A DNA stretch of 64,000 nt. Origin: Monocercomonoides exilis PA203 (taxonomy: Eukaryota > Protista > Preaxostyla). Positions 25,128 through 38,199 of this stretch are shown piece by piece. Under the pieces are notes generated by a model that saw only the letters and a list, made by a program, of their open reading frames with translations, searched no databases and was not told the DNA's origin. Within the stretch, counting starts at the first letter, position 1. Each line of letters begins with the position of its first letter. Location of the stretch: positions 1,054,001 through 1,118,000 of the forward strand of contig LSRY02000009.1 in the NCBI GenBank assembly GCA_001643675.2, given 5' to 3'. A program made the position numbers and the translations under genes.

Positions 25128-25454
25128 GGAGATATGATATTTCAAATATAGATCGACCGGACCTATACATCAGTTTTCTCATCATTAATTTATCAAACTA
25201 CTTACACATTCACGATTTATCTATAACAAGGACTATAGTACTGTATTCAACCATTTATTTATATAATTGCTCATATACATTGCATATCACCTCACAATAA
25301 ACAATGAAACAAAAGCAATACTATGTCCATAAATCTCATACCACAGCTCTTCTATAACTTTTTATTGAAATATCAAGTATTGCAGTAGCATGGATAAATT
25401 AATCAATATCACTGATCCAGCCCGGTTGGATCTATATTTGAAATACCATATCTC
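25128..25454. mobile_element. Same MITE, copy 2 (outer end of IR2)
   Basis: Mirror of 19204-19530; no TSD visible. Confidence 0.8.
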
Positions 25455-27639
25455 TGCTATAGCTCCTCATCTCCAAACCGCACTCCTCCTAATCTCCATT
25501 TTAATTGCAACCATCACCTTCATTGCTGTTTGGGCCGACCCAGGCACTTGGATCATCGAAAAATTCTTCTGTTTCGAAATATCTCCAGCTGCTCCCTCTA
25601 GTGAAATTATTTATGGTAGAAAAGGCATGCAAAAAGTGAAACATGCAAATATCTCTTTCGAAAGATAAACAAATTTATAGATATTTTTTATTCAGAGTCG
25701 AAAAGATAACATTATGATTCGGAACAATGTTACTCACAGGCATTCTCCTTCCACACAATGTTAATCTTTCAACACTGCTACGACATTTTTCCAATCCGGA
25801 GTATGGAATAAGGTGTTACAAACAATTTTCATAAGAAGAAAAAGCCTTTGTGACGATTTATTTTTGCCTAATTTAGCTTATAGACTTGCTCAGCAGCCAT
25901 GATCTCTCTCAAATCTTGTTCAACGTCAAAGATGATTCAGTGCACAATGCATGTGACATTCATAACAAATATTATTTGAAACTTTTAGCTTTTTTAACAG
26001 ATTAACTGAATAATCAAATTAATGAATGAACTTTCTGTTATCTCTTTTTTTAATGAAAATACTTAAAAAAGTGAGAAATGATATTTACTAAAAGAGAAAA
26101 CGAAACATGAAAACATAAAATTTATCGAGCTTTCTGTGAACGAATAACTGAAGATAGAATGAAATGGATTATTTTATGAATAAAAAAAGTTGTTTGAGGC
26201 AAGGAGCAAAAAAAATGATGAAAAAAGATAAAAATCATTGTTTAAAGATAATCCACAAATTATTTGACAATTTCTGTGAACTTTCCACACAACTCCTACT
26301 ATACCACAAGCCACTTCTATCAATTTGACTCCCATATTTCATCCTTTTCCTTCTTCTCTCTTTCCTTCAAGCTCAATTATACCAAACGATCACATCCTTT
26401 CCTCTCACCTTCTTTCCAAAAGTTAATTCTTTCAACTTCTCTCACTGAACAGCTCTTCACTTTTTGCTGATACTCCATAGGAAGTGTGCCCATCCAGAAT
26501 CTCCTCCGCTTTTCTCGCTCAGTTCAAAAAAGCTCTTCCATAACTCGGTATTTTCCCTGCTGCTCACCACTCCTCCTTCTTTTTCAATATTTTTAATCTG
26601 CCTTTCCCGATATTATGTCTCCGAGTTACGAATCTGTTGTTGACTCCATAGTCATCGTCAACAATTTCAACAAGAGTAGGTTTATCTCCCTCAAGCAATT
26701 TATAATCCTTTTCATTTTTCCAGCACAACATCTTCAATGCACATCCGCATTTCTTTGCAACTTCTTCTTCTTCTTTCGATTTTTCATAAAAACCAATAAA
26801 AAGCCAATATCTAGCAATTTAATATGGTTTATCAAACATGTTTGACCATTCTATCTCGATCTATTTGTCCAAGTCCTGATTGACATTCCAATTCTTTGCT
26901 CTAATTCTTTTCTTCTTTCCAACTTCCTTACACAAACTTTGAAACATCTGGAAAATTGCGCATTTCTTCATTAAATTCTTCTCCTTCAATTCTTCTTCAG
27001 GTCTTTTGTGTCCATTTCTTCCAAACCTTCAGCCCATCCATCCTCTTCAAACGTTTTTTTTATACAAAGTCCATTTTTCGCTTCATTCTCTTTCTCATCA
27101 AACTTTGATTCTTTCCTTTCAAAAACAAAGTTTTATCCGCGATTGAAAAAATCAATTGATTATCTTGGAATTTTGAAACAAAAATTTAAAATGTGCAAAG
27201 AATTATATCATAACAAATAACAATAAATAAAAATTAAAGTGCATGAACCTATGAAAATAAAAGCTAAGAATTATTTTTCGATACTAAAGTTAGACATGGG
27301 ATTTGCATGTTTATGCTTGAAATATAGGATCTTTTGAAAAAATATCAATTTAAAAAGAAAATAGCAAAAAATTATTCCTTTTAAAAATAACAACCACAAC
27401 ACTGCCTCTACTGTAATAACATTATGAAATTGCCTTTAACTTTTTAATGTCAAGAAATTGTATTTAAATTTCTTTATGATCAATAAGGAAATATTATTGG
27501 TTGAGAAAAAAAGAAAAAATTTCAAGTTTTTGATGGAAGAATTTTAACTTTTTCCATCAGCAGTTAATTTTCAATAATTATAAGAATCAATTCCATGTTA
27601 ATAAAAAAATTTTAAAAAGCCTTTCCAAACTGGTACAAA

Positions 27640-28630
27640 ATAGACCTATGCCCTATCGAGCTGCACCTTCCACCTCGTTCCTCATTCATCACCAAATCAT
27701 TCATTGTAATTGCATTTGTTCCACATCTTTCCCCAAACTTCCTTCACTTCCATCGAAGTTTTTCCCAAAGATCCATCTTCTGCTCTTCTTTTGCTCTCAA
27801 GCTCTCCTGTTAAATGCTATTGGTTGGAGAAGAACTGCACACTTCAGATTCCACTGAATGCTACTTGCTTACACCCACCTCAGCATCAGCCTTCACAAAC
27901 CTCAGCCGACTCAGCCCAAGCGCCTCCACAACCAGCGGCGCCATCGCTGCTTCCTACTCCCCCTGGCTCTTTTTGATTCTTTCCACTAACTCTCTGTGCG
28001 CTGCCGGACAACCTCCTTTCATCTCCTCCCCTTCACCTTCCTTTGCCTCTTCGAGCTCCTCCAGCACCTCCAGCAAAAGAGCCTCATCTTCCGTCCTCAA
28101 CCCCGTTTCCTCAAATTCCTTCCCCACAATATCTTCAGCTTCACGCATCGTCACTTCGTCCTCAAACTTCATCTCCACACGCCTCGACTGCGGAGATCGC
28201 AACACCAGATGCACAATCGCTGATTGAAGCAGCGATGGGTCAAACAAATCATAGATCAACGGGAACGCATTCACATCTGCCGCATCAAAGATCCGCTTGC
28301 TCCCCGACTTCGTGCCCACCGATGCTGCAAGTGATGGAAGCAGCACCATCAGCGGAACTGAAAACATCGATTAAAGATTCTCATTGAGCACTCACAACAC
28401 TCCCATACATCACCGCCCTCCGCGCAACTTCATTTCTCTGCAGCATCTGCAGCTCTTGCTGCGACAGCAGCATGTGCTGCGCATGCACCCAGACCACATA
28501 CAATGTTTCAATCCTATGTATCATATCGTCTTCATCTATTGCAGCAGTTGATGTGTCAAAAGAGGCAGCCGAGGGTTATTCTGTTTTGTGGATTTCAGGA
28601 GCCGTTGAAAATAATATTGATGAAGAAAAA
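27640..28630 (-). pseudogene. Decayed member of a multicopy unknown gene family (paralog of 40430-41290)
   Basis: GC-richer block sharing LLQSAI..LV.RS.QSR.V..K..DEV..R with 40361..41128-; contains stops and frameshifts. Confidence 0.6.
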
Positions 28631-30184
28631 AACCTATTCCTCAAGAGAATTTAATCTTCACATGGTAAAAATTATGGACTTTCAAGCTTTTTTTGCACAA
28701 AGCATGAAAAAATTGCTTCACTCTTAACTTTATTTCACTTTCCCAGATTTTTTAATAAATTTATTTTTCACGTCTGAAAACAAACGTCATTGATATTATA
28801 ACATAACGTTTTGTGACATCAAACGAATTTCAAAAATGGACCCATTTTTATTGTGTTTTTTGATATGAAAAAGTTCATCGAAGATGCATTATATTTTAAT
28901 GAAAATACCTGAAGTCAAATATTTTGTCCCACATGTTTTCTTCTTTTGCACCACAATCGATAATTCAGAGCTGAGCAACAAGAACATGTTGAAAGGTTCA
29001 AAAAAGAAAAAGGAGGAGAAAAAGAAAAAGAGATTCAATTAGTCAAATCAATTGATATAATGCTTTGATTGTTTCATAAATGAAAAGAATGATTACCGAA
29101 GCAGTATCAAATCATTATCCCTTGTATCTTCTGTGAAAATTTTATTATTTTGACTCGACAAGAACTTTTCAGTTTGATTTTTTGAAGAATATTTTCTTTT
29201 ATACGAAAATTATTGTTAACAACCTGTTAATTTGATGTGAGAAGAAAAAGCAAAAAAAGCATTTTGCAGAATGAAGGCCTTTAAAACAAGTGGTGAATAT
29301 TCTCTATTATTTTAACAAATCATTTTTGAATGTTTGCAAATAAGAGTTGATTTTTTGATGTTTTCCTTTACTATTTATTCATTGTTCAAAAGCTTAACTT
29401 GAATGAATGTGATTTGTTCTTATTCTATAAGAAAAAACAATAATTGAAAAAACAGAATTTCCTTTATTCCTTTTTGATAAACAAATATTGTGAATACGAA
29501 AACTTGAAAAATGGATTGTTAAAAAACAAAAAACAAACTTGCAGTTGCGCTTCCAACGATTGCAGACATGAAAAGATATCTTTTCACCTTAAAGATATTG
29601 TTTTCGAAGTGGTTCTTTCGCAGCAAGCTTCGTTGCAAGGTGAGGTTATTAGCGCAAAACACAGTACAAATGATGCAATGTGAAATCTCCAAATGAAGAA
29701 AAAAACATTATAAAATTTTCAGCATCTTCTTTGAAAAACTCAGAAAAATTGCCTTTCAAAACAAATCTGAAACATATTTTGTATTTCCATAGTTTTCGAG
29801 AGAAAAAATAAGCAAAGTATTTTGTCGATTTATTCTCCTAATTTCAAATGAATCAGCCCTGAAATATGTCATTTGTTATTTATCAGAATTAAATAATGAA
29901 GATCAAAGGATGAAAATATCAAACAGGCTATTTTCCGATTCTTCTCTTTATTGAATTCGTTCCTGACCCATTGAACATTTTCAGATGCCACTGCTTGACA
30001 CTGACTCCATTGACGTTTTTTGATCAAAATTATCCACCTTCGTCAGTTTAGTCAGTTCCCCTTAATCAAAAAATCGATAAAAAAATTTTCGAAAACTTCA
30101 ACTAATCGTTTTTTTAAAAATAGTAATTATTGTGAATTATGAGGCTTTTTGAAATTATTCTGTTATTAAAAACATATAAAGTCA

Positions 30185-30415
30185 AAATTTTTTTGAAAAG
30201 TTCCTTTTGTTTAATTTTCAAAGAAAATAAAAATTTCGTATTTCGATCAAATTTCTGTTCCCACTCACCAAATTTTGTTGTAATGAAAACTAAACCTTAA
30301 CAATGTTATTATTACCATTTTTGTGAAATTTCGTGAGTGGGAACAAAAATTTGATCGAAATACGAAATTTTTATTTTCTTCGAAAATTAAACAATCGAAT
30401 TTTTCAAAAAAATTT
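30185..30415. repeat. Short foldback (~60-85 bp arms, 64 bp loop)
   Basis: ...AAAATTTCGTATTTCGATCAAATTTCTGTTCCCACTCAC (to 30268) mirrors GTGAGTGGGAACAAAAATTTGATCGAAATACGAAATTTT... (from 30333). Confidence 0.85.
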
Positions 30416-31157
30416 AAACACAAAAATCTTTGATAATTTTTCTGACGGGATTTTTTTCCATCGCGTCAGTCAAATTTCGCTTTTTTTCAAATCAAAGTCA
30501 GTCAGTCACTCAGGCTATTTTTAGAAAACAAATTCATCAAAGTTTTCCACAATGCTCTATTTTTTCACATAAAATAGGTTTGAATATATTTATTTGCACA
30601 GTGAAAAAATTTGATGGATTTGTTGATAAAAATTATCAAATAATGTCTATTCTTTTTTTCTCAGATATAACACATTCTCGACTCTTCTGAAAGAATATCT
30701 CATTTAATGAAATTTTAGCTTTATAAATTTTGTTCCGCATTATTTTTTCTAATATTTATCTCAACTTAAAAAATTTTCTGCATTTATTTAAAATGAGAAT
30801 GTGAGACTAATGATGATATGATAGAAGAAAAAATTTGGAACGAATGGTGGTTTTATAAAAAAATAAAAAAAATAATCCCAAATTTCAATAAAAAATAATA
30901 TTAAAAATTATTATTACAACTAATACAAAAAGAAATAGGATAAGAAATAGAAATAGAAAAAGAATAAGAAACAGAAACAGAAAAAGAAATAAAAATAGAA
31001 AAACTGATGCGCTTAATTGATAAATTATTCTCTCACAAACAGTGAAAAAAAATAAATAATATAAATATAGCAATAACCAAGAAAATAAAAAAAGCTTAAA
31101 TACAAAGCATAACTGACTGTTATTTACAAAATAATAAATAATAGCATAACTGAAAAT

Positions 31158-32045
31158 CTAAATAAAATCAACATCAGGGAATTTCACTTTCCCTCTTGAT
31201 CCAGAATAAAACTTGGTGATTGGACTCTTCCGTATTTCCGGATCATTTTCCCACCTATGCGCCATACACCAGCCATCCCAATCACAACCTATAGCCAGCT
31301 TGTAAAAACTCTCTTCCGAATTCATCAGGATAATATTTGGATTTCCTTTGTATTCTCTTTGTATCACCGTCTGAAAACATACATAAGGAGCAAAATAAGT
31401 TCCAAAGAATTCAGGCTCGGTTTTTGTTGCAAATTTGTGAACAACATGGCTTTTTATAATTATTCCGCTGTGAATGCGATCTTTCATGTAAGGTTCAATC
31501 CCCATTGACATCATTATCCTGAATTCTCTTAGTACTTTCCCTAAAAGCGGGCTTCCCTTTGGCGCCATAATAAACCCCAGTTCAATGTGATACATTGGAG
31601 GCCAATAGCTATTAAAGCCGAGCAGATCTGCTTTAGCCTTTGTCAAATTTCGATAGCAATCTTCCAAAAAAGTTTCGTTGTGAACATACGTCGTTGCATC
31701 CATCCACAGACCTCCGTATTGGTAAAGTAATTGAAGGCGATAAAAATCAGCTTTATTTGCTTTTGGAAGTGTCCTTAATTTGTGTGGAATTGTGCTTCTG
31801 TCCATATACAAATTGATTGTCGAATCTGTAACGAAAATCAGAGTAAAAGTCGGAACTTTTTCCTTCAAGTTGTGTAGAAGATAGCGTACTTCCTGATTCA
31901 TTTCTCCTTCCCAATAAAGCCATATAATCTTCGGCAGTTCATACGGTTTATCGTCTTTTAAAAATGTGGTCACCTCAAAAAAAGAGGCTCCTATCAGTAA
32001 TGCAATTGCAGAAAGTAATAAAGACATGCACATATGATGACTCAT
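31158..32045 (-). CDS. Glycosyltransferase, GT32/capsular polysaccharide synthesis-like (DxD sugar-binding fold), type II membrane protein
   Basis: Intronless ORF with an N-terminal hydrophobic anchor and motifs PKIIWLYW, KADFYRLQLLYQYGGLWMDA, FIMAPKGSPLL. First ATG at 32045. Confidence 0.88.
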   Translation of the reverse strand: MSHHMCMSLLLSAIALLIGASFFEVTTFLKDDKPYELPKIIWLYWEGEMNQEVRYLLHNLKEKVPTFTLIFVTDSTINLYMDRSTIPHKLRTLPKANKADFYRLQLLYQYGGLWMDATTYVHNETFLEDCYRNLTKAKADLLGFNSYWPPMYHIELGFIMAPKGSPLLGKVLREFRIMMSMGIEPYMKDRIHSGIIIKSHVVHKFATKTEPEFFGTYFAPYVCFQTVIQREYKGNPNIILMNSEESFYKLAIGCDWDGWCMAHRWENDPEIRKSPITKFYSGSRGKVKFPDVDFI

Positions 32046-34554
32046 TTTGTCTTTCAATGATTCTTGTAATCAGACAAAATTAGTTCACACATTTGTAAAT
32101 AAAATATCATTTACAAATGCACATATAATTTTCACAGAATAAAATGAACAAAAAAATTTGCACACTTCAAAAGCAGCTTCAGCTGAAAAATTCGAGAATG
32201 ATCATACATGATCTCTTGTATAAGTCGTGACATTGTTGCGTTTGAAGAATAATGAATCATTGTTATTGTGATATAATAAAGTTAAAAAAATATAAAATAA
32301 AAATTCAACAATTCCAAACAAACAGAAAGAAACACAAAACAATAAGTTGAAATAATCCATAAAATGGCATTGCCAACGTTGTGCTCAAATCTTTTTCACA
32401 GAAGCATAAATCTGTATTTCTTTCAAACTTTAAAAGAGCTTGAAGATTCGAGAAAATATCTTTGCAATTGCAAATCTTATCACACATAACAAACCAATTA
32501 TTTACAAAATATTTCTCCAATTGGATAATTTTGAGCAAAATTCATTACCATGTACTCAAAGGAAAGTCATTGACATAATCAAAGCCCAAACACGAAATTC
32601 GTCTTTTCCCCAACATATTTATCTTTGTTGTCCAAATGCAATAATTGGATTTCAGACAGATCAAATTGGACTTTAGCAAAAAGAAGTCATTGTCATCAGC
32701 AATTTCGTTAGCCTTCACATTCCAAAAATTTTCACTGGAAGTTACTGAGATTGAAATTATTCTGCTGATTCCTCCGATTCAACAAGAATTCCCAATTTAT
32801 TGAAATTATATTTCGTCTTCTTCGCCTTCTTCAAACAAGAAATGAATTTCTTATTTCACTTTCCTGAATTAAACAAGATTCGTCTGATTGCATTTGTTGG
32901 TACCATTGGTGCTTAACCCGCACCCAGCAAATATCTTGAAAATCGAGATATTTATTTTTGCTTATCACAGTTGTTCATTGATAGTGAATTTTATTGAAAC
33001 TTGTTCAAAAAAATATAATAATTTTTTTTATAAAAAGACTTTCAAAAAATCGGATTTATAATTTTTTTATTTAGTAAAGAACTTTATCGATATTTACTGA
33101 AAAAGAAAAAAAGAAGAGTTAAAAAAATATTCGCGTGCTTGTTTGTTAATGTGTTTACAAATATCTTTATTAGTTTTTTGGATTTGAAGTATTAAACAAC
33201 AAATTTCCCTTTTTATTAAATTGATTGAGCCCATTAAGATATGAAAAACGAATCGAAAGTTTAGCAGCTGCTTTGAAATAGGTTTGTGAAAGTTATATCA
33301 AATGTTTTTCGATGAAAATAAACTTTTGTTTTCAAAGAAACCAGAAAAAATTGTTGTTTTCGATATAATTGATATCTTAGATTGATATATGTTTTATTTT
33401 GATGTGATTGATGAAAAAAATGATGTTTATTTTATTTTATAACTTTTTATAATAGAGTTAATTGTTTTCATAATATTCAAATTATTTTTATTTTAATTCA
33501 CTTTATTGTTTTTATGTTTTGAAAATCAAATTACAAGCTGCTTTTTTTCACTGATCAGGAATCATATTGCAGATTCACTATTTTCATCAATATATCGCAT
33601 TATCTTTGACCTATAAAAAGCATTTATCAAGTGGATAATTTCATATTGCATGTATTGTCCAAAATAAAAATTTCCTTAAAAATTAGTGATCATGCAAATG
33701 AATGTAACTGCGTTGTTCCAAATGAAGATTTTTCATTTGCATATTGAAATTATCTTTATTAAACATGTTTTCATTTTTCAGTTCATATAGTTTTCTTCTC
33801 ATATCACTTGTATTTTTGAGCTCTTTTCAACTTCTTTTTTTGTTAAATTTCGCTTCTTTTGAGCAAAGATTGACCAATCATATCATTCAAATTTCTTGAA
33901 ACAATTTAATATTGATCATTCTTAAATAATAATTTGTGAAAAACGAAATATGCCAAAGATAAAAATATTTTTAATCTATTTGTGAGAAGATTTTCTTTTG
34001 GAACAATTCAAAAAACTAATTTGGAAAATGTTAACATTTGTCATAATTTTTTTGAAAAGTGACATCAGATCAAAAATCTGACCCATGGAAGTTAATTTAT
34101 AAACACTCCGTTTCCATAATTCAAATGAAAAAAGGTGACTTTTTCCATAGTGTTTGTTGGTACATTGCAAACGTCTTTGTTAGAAAAAACAATTTGAAAC
34201 AAAAAATTATATATCCAATTATTTGATCAAAATTAATATTTTTGTTATTCAATGAAAAAGGGTTTTTCTTGATTATACTGTTTAGCAATTGTTGATTCAT
34301 GAAATTTTCATAGTACGTATCGATTATTTTTTGAGAATATTTAAACGATAATAAGAATTTTTGTATTGTTTAAAATGGGAATTTTTCATTGCTCATAATG
34401 AACATCAATGTTTCATAGAAGCTAATATAATTTATTCAAGTCCAAATAGACAAAGTTATTAACAAAATTGATGGTTTGTGATTTGTTTGTTCTTTTATGT
34501 TAATAAAATTTTGGATTTATTTAAATTAACTGTTTTGTTGCAATATTCCCAATA

Positions 34555-36620
34555 ATGCAAATGAAGCCTTTATTCAGCGCTGCCCTGTTATCTTTGCAAC
34601 GTCTGCAAATGTCAGGATTGGGCGTCTCGACTTCCTCTTCGACCCATCTTTTTCGCACACGGGCCAGTGCTGTTGTGTGCCACACCGATGGCCACATTTT
34701 TCTCTTCTTTGTTCATTTTGCTTCCCTTACCGTTTTGTCAACCACGGAGCAAGCTGAACATCCAGCATTCCTCAACTACTCTTTGCTAGCCATCGAGAAT
34801 GGTCACTTGATTGAAGATAACAGCTACGTCAAACGCCTCGCGTTCGCTCTCCCGCGTTTCCTTCTCTCCGCTGTTGACCGCATCTCCTTCGCAGAAATAA
34901 ACTTTCAGCGCCTCCAGATGTCAGTTAGCGTCTTCGAGTTTCGCAGGTTCGGGAGCTCCATGGAGCACAGCGTAGGAATAGAGCGTCTGGTGTTTTCGCA
35001 GGGAGGAATCCTCTGCCTCCCCTTCACAGCCGAAGAATATTTTGCCTTTTCCGGTTCATCTTTCCCAACTGAACAAACATAGGTGCCAGCGCATCCTTCG
35101 GCTCGTCTGTACTTTTTGTGTCTTCTCCATCTGAGTATATTTCCCCGAACAATTGCAACTACATGCAACGTGATCCATCCTCTGTCAGCGAATCAAAAGA
35201 ACAGACACTCCAAGGAAGTTATGTGAGTGTAAGGAATGCGCCCTAACTCTCGCTTATCGTGTGATTTATTGAGAGAGCTCACATAGAATGCTCTACAATA
35301 CAAACGGAGACAGCTGAGACAGCATCTCCTCTTTCATTTGTACAACACAATAGCAGCTATCAGCGATCTCACCGTGGCAAACGCATCAGATGAGCGTTGT
35401 CTGTCTCTGGAGGTGCTGTCCGCATCGACGATGCAAAGTTTGTGGGCAACAGCCCCTCTATGTGTAGCAACGTTTCTGTCAGCAGCTATCTGTCTGCCCG
35501 CAGGAACATCGCCTGCTCCGATGGGGGGTCGCTGATCGAAGAGAGTTTGAAAGAGGAAGACAATGCGAAAGACAACACCTCCCTGTGGATGCTGGACAGC
35601 AAATACACGCTTGCCTGCATCCCCCACCAGAGGCAGTCTCTCTTCTTTATCCCAACACTCCATTCCACCTAAGAGGTGAAAAATGAAACAAAGAGCGAGT
35701 TCACAATCACATTCAAGGGGGAGTTTTTTATCCTGCAATTTGTCATTCCGGCTGTAAACAACCATCGAAACAGAGGTTTTGCTGAATCTGTTGGAGTTCG
35801 ATGCGAAAGGGATTGTCTAGGAAAAAGAGTCCATTGAGATAATGCGAGAGAGCATTCTTCGAGAGGCGTTAGCGGAGGCAAAGGCGTATGCGTGTCTGCT
35901 CTTTAGAAATGCTGATGCTCCCTCGGCCATAGAGCCTTTCATTCTGAAGAACACAAGAGAGGTGAAAACAAATAGAGATGGGAAACTTGTACAAGGAGGA
36001 AAAGAAGGAAAATCTTATTGATTGTTAATTGTGATTGCTTGTTCGGTCTTCATAATGTTGCTATCTTTAATTGTTGTTCGATGGAGAAAGGCAAAGAATG
36101 AAGCAAAAAAATACAAGGAGATCGTTGATGATAACATCAAAAAGGATACGAATGCGTTTGAGATAGTGACGATGGAGCCTTCTTCAGAAGAGAAGTGGAG
36201 GAGAGCAGAGAGGGAGGGAGAAAAAAAGAATGAAAGAGGATAAAGAGAGAATATATGAGAAAGCTTGGGACATTCAGAATCATCAGAGTATTTTTTGGCT
36301 GAAAGTTGTTCGACTGAATACATCCTGGGGATAGATTTATACAAGATTCCAAAATGTTAAGTGGAAAAACAGAAATAAGAAAAAGAAGAAGAAGAAGAAT
36401 TAACTCTGAGCGAAGTTTTCAGAAGAGTAGCTTCAAACCGTTGGTATGAACATGAGTCATCAAAAGACGAGAAGGAAAGAAAAGATATTTTGAAGATTCA
36501 ATTTGGTTGAATTGTTCATTTATGGAAAGCACTCTGTATCACGCGGACAACTATTATAGTTATCGTCACCAGATAATTCAGTCAGATCCAATTCCCACGA
36601 TCGCAAATCAGTCTCAAAAA
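34555..36620 (+). pseudogene. Decayed, internally rearranged large single-pass membrane protein gene of an expanded family
   Basis: Fragmented frames. A TM segment plus basic juxtamembrane stretch (LIVIACSVFIMLLSLIVVRWRKAKNEAKKYKEIVDDNIKKD) lies at 36022-36243. Confidence 0.55.
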
Positions 36621-38199
36621 CCTCAAATGCATCGATTCCATCCAGAATCTGCCATTTTCTTTTCCCTTCATCTGCTCTCTCTCTCTCTCTTCTCCATCAA
36701 CTCTTTCAGTTCTTCTTTTACATTATCAATGTCAAACAAAGAAAACGACATCCTTCCAACAACTTTATCTTTTTCGGAGCGTGCAACATTCAAACTGGAA
36801 AAGATGAGAATGAAGAAGCAGAGGCAAAAATGAATGCAGAAGATAAAATTTAACAGAAAATCAAGCATAATCCAAGCACAAAGACATAATAATAAGATGT
36901 CACACACCATATAGAAATGACAGAAGTTAGTGAAGAGAAAATAATCCTCGAATTTCTCTGCAACCAGCTCGCATTCAGTCTTTATTCGGAGCATTTTTAT
37001 GTGCATCTTCCAATCTGAAGCATAAAGTCGAAGCAATCGAGAAGCAGAAAGCAATGGAGTGAGTGATGTTGAAAAAGCTGCTCAGTATGCTTTTATATCT
37101 CATTCACTCCACATAGCAACCGCAAGCAATTCACTTTCAGGCACCGCATCGGGCTTGTCGTTCTCACTCCAACTACTGCTGGCTACCCTGCACTACTTGC
37201 TCCTCAATTATTTCAGAAGGAGACATGCGCACACTTTTCGAAAGGGGAACAATAAAAAGATGTGTGCGAAGTTGGCGAGGAGGATAGAGGCGATGACATG
37301 GATGGAGTGGAAAATGAAGGATGAAAAAATGATAACTAACTTGAGCATAGTCTCAAGCTTTAACAAAAGCTGGAAAAGCCCTCTTGCAAGCTGCAATGCA
37401 CACAACATCAGCTGTGTTCAGTGTAGACACTGAAGAAAATGTCATTCAATCTCACTTAACGTGATTTTGTTTACTCACTCTTCTGAAGTCATTGGAGATA
37501 AACCATCAAAACATCTTACATATAAAGAAGACCTCACAAAAAAAAATTGCAGAATAAAAATAAAAGAGAAGACGAATATATCGATAACCTTTCATAAGCT
37601 CACTCCACAGAGGGAACAACCTGAGGGAAAATATTCAAGACGATTATCAGACTCTCGTCAAACACGCTTTAAGCACATTGTCAGGCTTCTTATGCAAAAT
37701 CCGTTTTTTTGTCTATCCCTTCATCTGCGACGTTTGCTGCTTCTTCTTCAAGAGATTCTTCTTCTTCTATATTTCTCACATTTTATTTGAATTCTGTAAA
37801 AAGAAGACAACGTATTCAAAGATTAATAAAATGTTTGTTTCGCTCGACAAGTTCATTAAAAGAAAACGAAGGCAATAATAAACAAAAAATGGAAGATGAA
37901 ACAGGTTAATGGACAGAGCGGAAGCAAGTATCGAAGAAAAATAAAGTGCATTTCAAAAGAAAATAGAGATAATTTGAATTAAAGAGATAAAAGAAAATGA
38001 AAAAATAAAAAAAAGACTTATTTGATGATTATGATAATGCCGATGAAAATATGGTCGGAGAAATCTGAGGATCGATCAAGCCAAATGCAGCCTCAAAGGA
38101 CAGCAACATGTTATTGATCGCCATCACCATCTCACTCGAAATCTGTTTGTGCTGTGTTGAAGAAGCAGATTAATATGAGAAATGACAAGATTTTGACTC

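Larger units (their letters stand above)
22725..25454 (-). repeat. IR2 right arm
   Basis: Mirror of 19204-21927; ends ...AAATACCATATCTC at 25454. Confidence 0.97.

Noticed and set aside
19204-25454. Polinton/Maverick element
   Set aside because: No integrase, pPolB, ATPase or capsid ORFs, and no 6-bp TSD.
25390-25668. 92-aa ORF with a hydrophobic stretch
   Set aside because: It straddles the MITE terminus and flank, so it is probably a chance chimeric frame.
30885-31073. Hydrophobic 62-aa ORF
   Set aside because: It is a translation of an (AAATAG/AAACAG)n simple repeat.
36600-37900. Possible additional gene remnants (also 26260-27150)
   Set aside because: Composition is coding-like but too fragmented to support a frame or a product.
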